Shown: piece after piece, positions 26,478 through 35,400 of the stretch
Layout of the letters: each line of letters begins with the position of its first letter
How positions within the stretch are numbered: the first letter of the stretch is position 1
Assembly (NCBI GenBank): GCA_050012255.1
Contig: JBEKHN010000004.1
Coordinates: 1 to 64,000 of the forward strand
Direction of reading: 5' to 3'
Source of the DNA: Candidatus Bathyarchaeia archaeon
GTDB taxonomy: Archaea > Thermoproteota > Bathyarchaeia > Bathyarchaeales > Bathycorpusculaceae
Length of the DNA stretch: 64,000 nucleotides
Notes under the pieces: generated by a model
The model's database searches: none
Told to the model about the DNA's origin: nothing
The model's input: the letters and a program-made list of their open reading frames with translations, nothing else
Made by a program: the position numbers and the translations under genes

Positions 26478-26867
26478 TTAGAATGTGGCCTCCAGTTTCT
26501 TCTTCACTTCTTGAATCTTCTTGTCTAATTCCTTGACCTTTGCCTTCTTGCGTAAGGCCTTGTAACCGTCTCTCTCGTACTCCAAGGCGCTGACTCCGAA
26601 CCGGTCAAACCCCTTCTGGAAGGACAGTTCTGCCGACTTCGCAAAATGTTCAACCGCCTTCTCATATTCTTTCAGTGCGTAGGCACACTCGCCGGCCTTG
26701 TAGTACATCTCTGTCGAATAGAAAAAGTTCTGCACCTTATGATATAATTCCGCCGTTTTCAAGAAGATTTCTTCGGCCTCCTTATATTTGCCTGTCTCGA
26801 AAAGAGTGATTGCTTCTCTATGCATTCTCACGGGGTCATCTTTCACTTCTTGACTCATGACCGTCAA
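26478..26867 (-). CDS. TPR-like helical hypothetical protein
   Basis: Alpha-helical repeats: YKEAEEIFLKTAEL, YKAGECAYALKEYEKAVEHF. Confidence 0.7.
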   Translation of the reverse strand: MTVMSQEVKDDPVRMHREAITLFETGKYKEAEEIFLKTAELYHKVQNFFYSTEMYYKAGECAYALKEYEKAVEHFAKSAELSFQKGFDRFGVSALEYERDGYKALRKKAKVKELDKKIQEVKKKLEATF

Positions 26868-26989
26868 CTCACAACTCGCTACCTATCATTGCTGGACTCA
26901 CATTTAGGTTTTCCCATCTCACCGCCCGGTTGATTGTAAACATTAAAAAGGTCCACTGGAAGATCAATTGTTGACATTGATATAGCAGA

Positions 26990-28399
26990 GTGGAACCGAT
27001 GATTCTCAGATGCCTCCAATGCAACTCAGAATTTCAACTTTACCCGCCGAAAAACAGGTGCGACAGATGCGGAGGAACCCTAGAATACGAGATCAGCTTT
27101 CCCGAGAACCTTAGAACAAGATTCTCTAAACATCCAGGTTTTTGGAGATACAGACCCCTACTGCCGCCAGTAAAGAACATGATAAGTCTAGGCGAAGGCG
27201 AAACACCACTACGTAAGGCCGAAAGACTTGCAAGAAGCATTAAACTGAAAGAACTGTATTTGAAGGACGAAACGAGAAACCCAACAAACTCGTACAGAGA
27301 CCGCGCCGCCGCTCTTCTAACATCGAACGCCATGGATCTTAAGTACGAAACCATACTCTGCGCAACAAGCGGAAACCTAGGCGCTTCTTTGGCGGCCTAT
27401 TCTGCGAAAGCCGGGTCGACGTGCCACGTGATCGTGCCGAAGATGGTCGATGTTGGAAAAATGGCTCAAATGCTTGCCTATGACGCCTTCATCGAAGAAT
27501 TCGGCCAAACTGTCGACAAATCTATACGCAGAGCCAGAGCCTTGGAGAAAGAGATGGGCTGGTACCAAGCGACAGCAGAGTTAAACCCTCTCGTCATTGA
27601 GGCCCAGAAAACAATCTCGTTGGAAGTGCGTGAACAGCTTGGCGTTCCAGAATGGCTCATAGTCTCGATGGGCGGCGGTGGAACAATCTACTCAATCTGG
27701 AAAGGGTTCAAAGAGCTTGAACAACTCGGACTCACAGATTCACTGCCAAAAATGGTTGGCGTCCAGTCAGAAGGATGCGCACCAATAGTTAGGGCCTGGA
27801 AAGAAGGCGCGCATGAGTTTGCGAAGACTCTACACCCCATTACGCATGCGCTTGCGGTATTGGTGGCCGAGCCGTTGCAGGGGGAATTAGCAATGAAGGC
27901 GATTGAAGAATCAAACGGCTTAGCCATCACAGTCTCTGACTCGGAAATTTTTGCAGCAGAGCTTCAAATAGCCAAGCTTGAAGGCATGTTTGCTGAACCA
28001 GCAAGTTCAGCAGCGATCGCGGCCCTTAAGAAATTGATTCAAGATCGAAGGATTGACCAGAACGAAAGTGTCGTTTGCTTAATCACTGGAAGCGGACTCA
28101 AAGCCACAGACGTGCTGCAAGCGTTAACCAAGAAACAAAAAACGGTCGTTCTTGGCCTGGAACTGAGCACAAAAGAGAAAATACTTCGTATCATAAGCAA
28201 GAAAGACACTTACGGGTACGACTTGTGGAAGAAACTCGGGAGAACAATGACGCGAGCGGCCGTTTATCAACACTTAAACGAGCTGTCAGAGAAAGCGCTA
28301 ATCGTTGGCTGCGAGAAGACCGGAAAAAGATTCTTTAGAATAACGGAACGCGGAAAGAAAGCGCTATCAGCCATCGACGACTTGAAACTTTTGATGTGA
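26990..28399 (+). CDS. Threonine-synthase-like (PLP fold II) protein with catalytic Lys replaced by Arg, fused to C-terminal PadR-like wHTH
   Basis: N-terminal CxxC/CxxC, LGEGETPL, KDETRNPTNSYRDR, ATSGNLGAS, EPASSAA, LITGSGLK; then TKEKILRII...YGYDLWKKL...RAAVYQHLNEL...FFRITERG. Confidence 0.85.
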   Translation: MEPMILRCLQCNSEFQLYPPKNRCDRCGGTLEYEISFPENLRTRFSKHPGFWRYRPLLPPVKNMISLGEGETPLRKAERLARSIKLKELYLKDETRNPTNSYRDRAAALLTSNAMDLKYETILCATSGNLGASLAAYSAKAGSTCHVIVPKMVDVGKMAQMLAYDAFIEEFGQTVDKSIRRARALEKEMGWYQATAELNPLVIEAQKTISLEVREQLGVPEWLIVSMGGGGTIYSIWKGFKELEQLGLTDSLPKMVGVQSEGCAPIVRAWKEGAHEFAKTLHPITHALAVLVAEPLQGELAMKAIEESNGLAITVSDSEIFAAELQIAKLEGMFAEPASSAAIAALKKLIQDRRIDQNESVVCLITGSGLKATDVLQALTKKQKTVVLGLELSTKEKILRIISKKDTYGYDLWKKLGRTMTRAAVYQHLNELSEKALIVGCEKTGKRFFRITERGKKALSAIDDLKLLM

Positions 28400-28537
28400 C
28401 CTTTGCTATCAGTCATGCTGTTTTACTGGTTATTCCTAGTATGGTCAACCATTTTTCCATCTTTATTTTTGTCAGTTTTTGATGGTTATTCTGGTTAATT
28501 GACGTTAGCGCGCGATCCTTTTTCATCGATGTTAAAA

Positions 28538-28575
28538 TTTATAAACGCTCATTCACTATTATAGTTACAACTATA
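28538..28575 (+). promoter_or_regulatory. TATA box (TTTATAAA) followed by palindrome TATAGTT-AC-AACTATA
   Basis: TATA at 28538-28545; perfect 7-bp inverted repeat at 28560-28575 upstream of the ECF S gene. Confidence 0.65.
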
Positions 28576-28619
28576 CTAAGCCTACAATCGACCGCGAGAA
28601 AACATGGAGTACGATCCAA

Positions 28620-29180
28620 ATGGAAAGCAGATTCACTATAATAACTGCCGCGCTGATGGGAGTCATGGCTGCACTGGTGGCCGTGACAACCTTTGCCGTA
28701 CAAATCTACATCCCAGCAACAAAGGGATATCTAAACTTCGGCGATATCATGATCTTTGTAAGCGCGCTCACCTTTGGCCCCGTAGTCGGGGGCTTTGCTG
28801 GTGGGGTCGGATCGGCCATATCAGACGTGCTTGGAGGCTATGCCTATTTCGCCCCATCTACCTTGGTGGTAAAAGGCGTAGAAGGCTTCATTGCAGGATT
28901 AATCGCCAATAGAATCAGCTATCGACGAGACGTTCTTGCCGTGATCATTGCAGGCGCAGAAATGATAACTGGTTACTTCCTAGCCGAATTCTTCCCGCTT
29001 CAAGAAGGATGGGCAGCGTTAGGCGAAGTGCCAGCAAACATACTGCAGATAGTAGTTGGAGGACTCGTTGGCTTACCAATAGCCTTAATCATCCGCAGGA
29101 GACTCCCAGAAATCCTGAAGCCGACAAAGGTAAATGACACTGACGAGATAAGGAAGCCTTTGCCACAGCTTAAAAGCTAA
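28620..29180 (+). CDS. ECF transporter S component (HmpT/PdxU2-like)
   Basis: IPATKGYLNFGD, GGVGSAISD, GYAYFAPSTLVVKG.EG, EVPANILQ; about six TM helices. Confidence 0.85.
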   Translation: MESRFTIITAALMGVMAALVAVTTFAVQIYIPATKGYLNFGDIMIFVSALTFGPVVGGFAGGVGSAISDVLGGYAYFAPSTLVVKGVEGFIAGLIANRISYRRDVLAVIIAGAEMITGYFLAEFFPLQEGWAALGEVPANILQIVVGGLVGLPIALIIRRRLPEILKPTKVNDTDEIRKPLPQLKS

Positions 29181-29210
29181 AACAGCAACAACTTTCTAGA
29201 AGGGCCCAAG

Positions 29211-30221
29211 ATGGCATTGCCACTAGGAAAGATACCTGTTGACCTCTTGAAAGAGGTCATATTCAAGAATCTAGGTGTTCACCGTGATGAGGTTGCGCTG
29301 GGCCCTGCGGCAGGAATTGATGGCGCTGTGATAAACGTTGGAAGTAAATCGCTCGTAGTATCTATGGATCCGATCACAGGAGCCTTGGAGAGAATCGGCT
29401 GGCTTGCAGTCAACGTTAACGCAAACGATGTCTCCACGTTTGGTGTCGAGCCAGCCTTCTTCTTGTCGTGTATTTTGCTCCCAGAAAAGGCGGATAGAAA
29501 GACCGTTGAGATTATCAGCTCACAGATGGACAAGGCTGCGAAGGGTTTGGGAATGGCTATCGTCGGAGGACATTGCGAATCTACTCCCGGACTGGTGAAC
29601 CCGATAGTTGTGGGTTGCGCTATGGGTATGGCAGAGAAGGGAAATTACGTGACGGCAGCTGGAGCCAAAGCAGGAGATAAAATTATGATAACCAAAACTG
29701 CGGGCATAGAAGGCACTGCCATTCTGGCGTCGGACAGGGAGGAAAAGCTGAGGAAAACCGTCAGGTCCTCAACGTTGAAGAGTGCTAAGGGATTCTTCAG
29801 CATGATAAGCGTGGCGAAAGAGGCGGCGATAGCCTTCAAGACAGGCGGTGTTCACGCTATGCATGACCCGACAGAAGGCGGAATAGCTGGGGGAATACAC
29901 GAGGTTGCAGACGCATCAAACCTAGGCTTCAGAATCTTGGAGGACAGAATTCCAGTGGCCGAAGAGACCTCAGAGATATGTAAGGCATTTGAGATTGACC
30001 CGCTTTACTTGATTGCTTCAGGAAGCATGCTGATAGCAGCCAGAAAAGATGTCGCAGATGATATTGAGAAAAACCTAATCAAAAGCGGAATCAGCGCAAG
30101 TGTCGTTGGCGAATTCTTGCCGTCTTCAGAAAACCGAATTGTAAAACGAAAAAATGGTTTTGAAACAGAACTGGCAAGGCCCACTTGCGACCATCTGTGG
30201 GTTGCTCTTGCAAAGAAGTAA
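29211..30221 (+). CDS. AIR synthase-related (HypE/ThiL/PurM fold) protein
   Basis: LPLGKIP, SMDPITGA, NANDV, VGGHCE, MHDPTEGG, LIASGSML, DHLW. Confidence 0.85.
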   Translation: MALPLGKIPVDLLKEVIFKNLGVHRDEVALGPAAGIDGAVINVGSKSLVVSMDPITGALERIGWLAVNVNANDVSTFGVEPAFFLSCILLPEKADRKTVEIISSQMDKAAKGLGMAIVGGHCESTPGLVNPIVVGCAMGMAEKGNYVTAAGAKAGDKIMITKTAGIEGTAILASDREEKLRKTVRSSTLKSAKGFFSMISVAKEAAIAFKTGGVHAMHDPTEGGIAGGIHEVADASNLGFRILEDRIPVAEETSEICKAFEIDPLYLIASGSMLIAARKDVADDIEKNLIKSGISASVVGEFLPSSENRIVKRKNGFETELARPTCDHLWVALAKK

Positions 30222-30252
30222 GCTAGGAATGCAATTCTATTGCAGACTCACT

Positions 30253-30432
30253 TGGGCCAGCTTGGAAAACCCTGCTGAAGGTCACTCTAGGCCTGTTTGG
30301 CAAGTTTATTTTTTGCTGAATCCCCCTTTAGATGAAATAGCCCTTCAGGTTTCTCGCAGTTTCATAGAGGGCGCTTCCGTGAGAGCGAAAAACACTGAAA
30401 ATCGGATCCACCACGATCCTGAAACCCTTTCT
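30253..30432 (-). pseudogene. Frameshifted fragment paralogous to the C-terminus of the adjacent GT2
   Basis: KGFRIVVDPIFSVFRSHGSALYETARNLKGY / GIQQKINLPNRPRVTFSR versus GT2 RGFKIVVDPQFSVFHSHGSRFEEARRNIRNY / TIQQTINKFKRPRKAFTR. Confidence 0.7.
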
Positions 30433-30821
30433 GATGGTTACCATAAGGATTCTTGAAATGAGACACGGAACCCATAACTTGCTTGTGCGCTCCCAAACCG
30501 TCAAGGACATCGATATTTCCAAGCGCGCGAGTTGAAACCATACAGAGCGGCTCTGCAGGCCGCCACTTCAACCGTTCAATCGCCCCGGCAATTTAGATAT
30601 CCTCGAAACTGCAATAAATCATGTTGTTTGGTCGCTCCCAGCTCTCTCAGAACTACATCCGCCCGATAGCAGAAAATGTCATGGCACCCAAAAGGCCGCA
30701 CGGCTTAAATGATATTAGCCCCCAAAGGTTTGGTTACGAAAGCGAAGATATTAAAGGGCATCATGGATGGAAAAAGGCCCGATATGCTGATCTAACACAA
30801 TATGCTTAGGAAGAGGAAAAG

Positions 30822-31637
30822 ATGGGACTGGTTTCGGTTGTCGTCAGGACTCGCGATGAGGAACAACATCTTCACGATATGCTTGAAATGCTACATGACC
30901 AGACCCTTCCACCATCTGAAGTCATCATCGTCAATAACTATTCTTCGGAGGCAGCGCTTGCCTCCTTTGAGGACAGGTTGAAGAAATCCGTCGAGCCTCT
31001 AAGAAAGAAGAAAATCGTTGTCAGACTAGTGAATTTTCCAGACAGGGACTTTTCCCATCCTTATTCAACGAACCTAGGCATCTTCTTTGCGGAAAACGAA
31101 CTTGTCGCCATCACAAATGCACATGCCCTTCCAATCTCAATTTCATGGTTAGACAGAGGTGTCAGGCATTTCAGAGACAGCAGAGTAGCCTGCGTTACAG
31201 GCTATTCCTATCCTTTCGAAAAGAATAGTTCTCTGTCAAGGTTGAGCAAGTACGTCTATTATTTCTCAGAGAAAATAATCCTGAGATTCAACTGGACATC
31301 CACCGTAAGCTGCATAGTCAGGAAGTCCCTCTGGCAAAATTATCCATTTGATGAAAATCTACCCCAAACCATTCCCGAGGCCAAAGCCTACGGCTGCGAA
31401 GATTATGATTGGAGCAAAGAAATGGCGATGAGAGGTTTCAAAATAGTAGTCGATCCGCAATTCAGTGTTTTCCATTCCCATGGAAGCAGATTTGAAGAAG
31501 CCAGGAGAAACATAAGGAACTACGTGAATCAAAGGACAATCCAGCAGACCATTAACAAGTTCAAGCGGCCTAGGAAAGCATTCACCAGACTAGGCCAGAG
31601 CAAAGAATTGCATGACGTACGGGTTGTGAAACTCTGA
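30822..31637 (+). CDS. Glycosyltransferase family 2 (rhamnosyltransferase-like)
   Basis: VSVVVRTRDEE, IIVNNYS, NAHALP, CEDYDWS, VFHSH. Confidence 0.8.
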   Translation: MGLVSVVVRTRDEEQHLHDMLEMLHDQTLPPSEVIIVNNYSSEAALASFEDRLKKSVEPLRKKKIVVRLVNFPDRDFSHPYSTNLGIFFAENELVAITNAHALPISISWLDRGVRHFRDSRVACVTGYSYPFEKNSSLSRLSKYVYYFSEKIILRFNWTSTVSCIVRKSLWQNYPFDENLPQTIPEAKAYGCEDYDWSKEMAMRGFKIVVDPQFSVFHSHGSRFEEARRNIRNYVNQRTIQQTINKFKRPRKAFTRLGQSKELHDVRVVKL

Positions 31638-31818
31638 GGACCCATTCTTTCAGAAGTACGCATCTCTCATGTTGAATACGCGAAATACGGGGTATTGCTC
31701 GGACAATCGGATACGTTCAGTTTGAGATTTGCTTCTTCAAGTCATGAACGTTCAGTATGATAAGCTAGACTCTGATAGAGCAAGAGCTAAATACCATCTT
31801 GACTCAACAAGCACATCA

Positions 31819-33000
31819 ATGAACATCTGCGTAGTCTCTGACCTATTCGATTCCTCCTACGGAGGCGTACCGGTAGTAGCGAACAGGTTCATTGAGAGGT
31901 TCATAGAAAGAGGACACAGAATAACCATCGTTACGTCAAAGTGTAACCTCAGTAGGGAATCAGAGGAAAGGAGACGAAATCTTACGGTCTACAGATTCCC
32001 TTCATTCACACTTCCAAAGTCAGAGGGTGAATACGCATTTTCTTTTCCAAGTTTCCGTAAGATACGGCAGATCTACGAAAGAGAGCGAATCGATGTTCTT
32101 CACTGTCACATTCCATCGCTCCTATCTCTTGCGTGCGTGCTAGAGGCAAGAAAAAAGGGCGTACCTTCAATAGCCACTAATCACCTCCTTTCTGAAACAT
32201 TCTCCCGTAACCTCTTCTTCGACAGCACAAAGTTCAACAAGTTTTTCTACAAGATAGTAAACTCATTCTACAACCTAGTCGACATAGTGTTATGCCCGAG
32301 CATCTACGGATTGAAAACACTGAGAAAATACGGCCTAAAAGCAAAAGCACTCGTTCTTAGCAATGGGATAGAACTGTCAAAGTTTAACCCCAATTTAGAC
32401 CATGAACAATTCGACAGAGAATTCGGCCTAGGAGAAAAAAACAAGAAGATACTATACGTTGGAAGATTGATGGAAGAAAAAGGCTTGAACATTCTTCTTG
32501 ACGCCTACAGTATTGTCCAAACGAGAGCTCCGGACACAAACCTAATCATCGTAGGAAAAGGCCATCTGCGAAGAAATCTTGAAGATCAGGCCAATAGACT
32601 TGGCCTAAAGAATGTGATTTTTACTGGGTTCATCTCAGACTCACTGCTAAGGCAGGCTTATGCTTCTTCAGACCTTTTCGTCTTGCCATCCTACGCAGAG
32701 ATCCAACCTTTAGTTTTGTTAGAAGCCCTAGCGATGGGGTTGCCGGCTATTGGAACCAGTGTGGGAGGAGTCCCAGAATTAATAGTGAACGGAAGGAACG
32801 GTTACATATTGAAACCCGGAGACCACGAAGGCCTTGCTGAAAAAATCACAACGATCCTAAATGATGATCCGCTGAGAGAAGAATTCTCACATTGCAGCCT
32901 ACGAATAGCTCGAGGCCACGATATTGAGAAATCGACTGACAAACTTGAAAGGCTCTACACAAGACTCGCACCACAAATCGGAACCCGAACCGCAGGATAG
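31819..33000 (+). CDS. Glycosyltransferase family 4
   Basis: YGGV, NGIEL, YVGRLMEEKG, FVLPSYAEIQPLVLLEALAMGLP. Confidence 0.9.
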   Translation: MNICVVSDLFDSSYGGVPVVANRFIERFIERGHRITIVTSKCNLSRESEERRRNLTVYRFPSFTLPKSEGEYAFSFPSFRKIRQIYERERIDVLHCHIPSLLSLACVLEARKKGVPSIATNHLLSETFSRNLFFDSTKFNKFFYKIVNSFYNLVDIVLCPSIYGLKTLRKYGLKAKALVLSNGIELSKFNPNLDHEQFDREFGLGEKNKKILYVGRLMEEKGLNILLDAYSIVQTRAPDTNLIIVGKGHLRRNLEDQANRLGLKNVIFTGFISDSLLRQAYASSDLFVLPSYAEIQPLVLLEALAMGLPAIGTSVGGVPELIVNGRNGYILKPGDHEGLAEKITTILNDDPLREEFSHCSLRIARGHDIEKSTDKLERLYTRLAPQIGTRTAG

Positions 33001-33165
33001 TCCCTGGTAGAGCCAATGCATGCGCGAATCTTGGCCTGTCCTCACAAGCAACCAAATCATCGCTCAGATTGGTTCTTCTGCAGAGTAAAAACGTTCAGAT
33101 ATTTGCATTAGCTTAAAATACCAATTTGAATTTCATAACCACATGTAAGATGAAGTGAAGCGTCT

Positions 33166-34221
33166 TTGGTAATGACACTAAAGAAAGTTGCAAGAATTGC
33201 AAAGTGTTCTCTGATGCCCAATAGGCCATACCACGTTCAGTGGTTGCTCACGAGAAGATGCAACTACCGATGCAGAGGCTGCAATGTCTGGCGAAACCAA
33301 GATGAAACCGAGCTATCCACAGAACAAGTTAAAAAGGGCTTGAACATTCTCAAGGAGCTTGGCGTCATAGAAGTCGTACTATCTGGAGGGGCGCCTCTTC
33401 TAAGAGATGATATCGGCGAGATCTTGGATTATGCTTCACGCTTTTTCGTGACCACAGTATATGACAATGGAAGTTTGGCGGCGCAAAAGATCGAAGCCTT
33501 GCGCAAAGCAGACTTTGTTGCCATCTCCCTGGACACTTTGGATGCGGAAAAAAACGACCATGCCAAGGGAGTCAAAGGCTCCTGGGACAAGGCAATGAAA
33601 ACGGTCGAAATCCTACACAAAGAAGGAATCAGAGTAAGTATATCCCCCACAATCTCTCAACTTAACCTTCACGAAATCGTACCATTAACCAGATATTTCC
33701 TGCAAAGAAACATCCCAGTCTGGTATTGCCTGTACTCCTACGACGCTTCTGTTGACTCAGATCAGCTTTTCAAAATAGGCAAGAAGAACGAAGAACTTGA
33801 AATCGCTGACAGAGATGCCATGGTGAAACTGTGTGACTCATTGGACGACATGAGAAAGCAATACAGCTACATGCTTGTAACTGGCAAACTCCTGCAAGCC
33901 CTGAAGCAACTTTACTTACACAACGAGCGCATATGGAAGTGTGGGGCACTTCAAAACTTCTTCATGATAGACCATCTTGGAAGAGTCGCAGGCTGTCACC
34001 TTCGCAAACCAGTAGCGTCTATTTTTGATCTGCCCGATGTGTGGAATAGCATCGCATTTGAAAAACTGCGCAAGAGTTACTGCAATTGCACTCAATGCGT
34101 TTATCTCTGCTACATTTTCTATTCTCTCCACGGAAGCGTTCTCGCCAACCTTCAGATGGCGCAAGAACAATGGAAGAACGCGAGACTGTTCCTGAAGAAA
34201 ACGCCACTTGCATCCCTCTGA
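33166..34221 (+). CDS. Radical SAM protein with C-terminal Cys-rich (SPASM/twitch-like) domain
   Basis: CNYRCRGC, LSGGAPLLR, WKCGA...GRVAGCH, CNCTQCVYLC. Confidence 0.88.
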   Translation: MVMTLKKVARIAKCSLMPNRPYHVQWLLTRRCNYRCRGCNVWRNQDETELSTEQVKKGLNILKELGVIEVVLSGGAPLLRDDIGEILDYASRFFVTTVYDNGSLAAQKIEALRKADFVAISLDTLDAEKNDHAKGVKGSWDKAMKTVEILHKEGIRVSISPTISQLNLHEIVPLTRYFLQRNIPVWYCLYSYDASVDSDQLFKIGKKNEELEIADRDAMVKLCDSLDDMRKQYSYMLVTGKLLQALKQLYLHNERIWKCGALQNFFMIDHLGRVAGCHLRKPVASIFDLPDVWNSIAFEKLRKSYCNCTQCVYLCYIFYSLHGSVLANLQMAQEQWKNARLFLKKTPLASL

Positions 34222-34252
34222 TGGAACCAAACAGCGATAGAAAATCAGCCTT

Positions 34253-34378
34253 CTATTTCTTTTCGGCAGCTGCTTCGATGTCAGTCAAGCGGTCAAACTG
34301 TCTCCACACGAGCACCAAGTCTCTAGATGTTTGTTTGATGTCAATGTCTTCAAGCTGAAACAGTTCGTGATCGCCCAT
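34253..34378 (-). CDS. Putative 41-aa small protein
   Basis: MGDHELFQLEDIDIKQTSRDLVLVWRQFDRLTDIEAAAEKK*; TATTTAAAC box about 35 nt upstream. Confidence 0.35.
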   Translation of the reverse strand: MGDHELFQLEDIDIKQTSRDLVLVWRQFDRLTDIEAAAEKK

Positions 34379-34509
34379 CTAGTAGATCGTTACTGTTTTA
34401 GGGTTTGGTTTGTTTAAATATTTTGCGGGGCGACTTAAGTCTTAATGCGCGAGAAAACCACTCTCACCTGTCTGAAGTCAAAATCCCGCGTCTCTCTTTC
34501 TGATGACTT

Positions 34510-35109
34510 TCACAGAACCAGATTCTCTAATACCATGCACGAAATCTGAAACACTTCTCCCTCGTTCAGGATGTCCGTGTCTAGAATGAAATTGAAAGGA
34601 GCATAATCGTCTCCCAAACTGAAACCATACATTTTCTTGTAGATGACCTTTGTCTGCCTCTCTTTACGTTTCAACGCTTCAAGAGCCTCTTTGAAGCTTA
34701 TCTTGTCCCTTCCAGCTATTCTTTCAGCCCTCTTTTCTGCTGACGCCTCAAGCCAAATCTTGAAGCCCTTCTTGAGAAGCCACGGCATGGTCCAACTGTC
34801 TAAGACCACGTTCCCCTGCTGTGCTATTCGCAAGAGTTTCTTGTCAACAGCCTGGTCGAATCGAGGGTCTCTGCCTCTCTTTTCCAGAAACCGCATCCCT
34901 TCTCCACTTTCCCACCAGCCACGTTCAACATGCCTGTACCCCTCTTCAACAGCCAGCGCCATCAACGCAGCTCCACCCGAGAAATACTTGAGCCCATATT
35001 TCTCAGCGATTTTCTTTGCCAGCGTGCTTTTTCCACTTCCTGCCATCCCGCCTACGCAAATTACTGCGTGCTCTGAGTGCCCTCTCTCAGTCTTCCCTGA
35101 CCGAGCCAT
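34510..35109 (-). CDS. cmk: Cytidylate kinase (archaeal type)
   Basis: GGMAGSGKST, FDQAVD, KIWLEAS...RAERIA.RD; conserved position after eL34. Confidence 0.9.
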   Translation of the reverse strand: MARSGKTERGHSEHAVICVGGMAGSGKSTLAKKIAEKYGLKYFSGGAALMALAVEEGYRHVERGWWESGEGMRFLEKRGRDPRFDQAVDKKLLRIAQQGNVVLDSWTMPWLLKKGFKIWLEASAEKRAERIAGRDKISFKEALEALKRKERQTKVIYKKMYGFSLGDDYAPFNFILDTDILNEGEVFQISCMVLENLVL

Positions 35110-35132
35110 CTGCTTACCTCAGAAACTCAAGC

Positions 35133-35399
35133 TTAAAGCGCCCTGGCAGCCTGTCTCAAAGCAGTCTTGATGCATTCGTGGCAGAGCTGCCCTCCGTGGA
35201 CACGCTGAACTCTCCTTCCGCTTCGGTTGAGCTTCCGGACTTTCGGAGAGCTGTTTGAAACGCCTGCTAGCTGCCGGCCACAGCGGCTGCAGGTTGGCCG
35301 AGCAGCGATCTCATACTTGAACTGTGTGCCGGTCTTTCCGCCTGGTAGGGGTTTGGGTGTGCGTTTTCTGCTCCGCGTGCGCTCGCCAGGTCTCGGCAT
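35133..35399 (-). CDS. rpl34e: 50S ribosomal protein eL34
   Basis: MPRP..RTRS, PGG, CSRCG, GGQLCHEC. Confidence 0.9.
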   Translation of the reverse strand: MPRPGERTRSRKRTPKPLPGGKTGTQFKYEIAARPTCSRCGRQLAGVSNSSPKVRKLNRSGRRVQRVHGGQLCHECIKTALRQAARAL

Positions 35400-35400
35400 G

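Noticed and set aside
26990-28399. Annotation as functional thrC
   Set aside because: The Schiff-base lysine is replaced by Arg and an extra wHTH is present.
29211-30221. Second hypE
   Set aside because: Lacks the C-terminal PRIC cysteine and the HGxGG start; the true hypE is at 48221.
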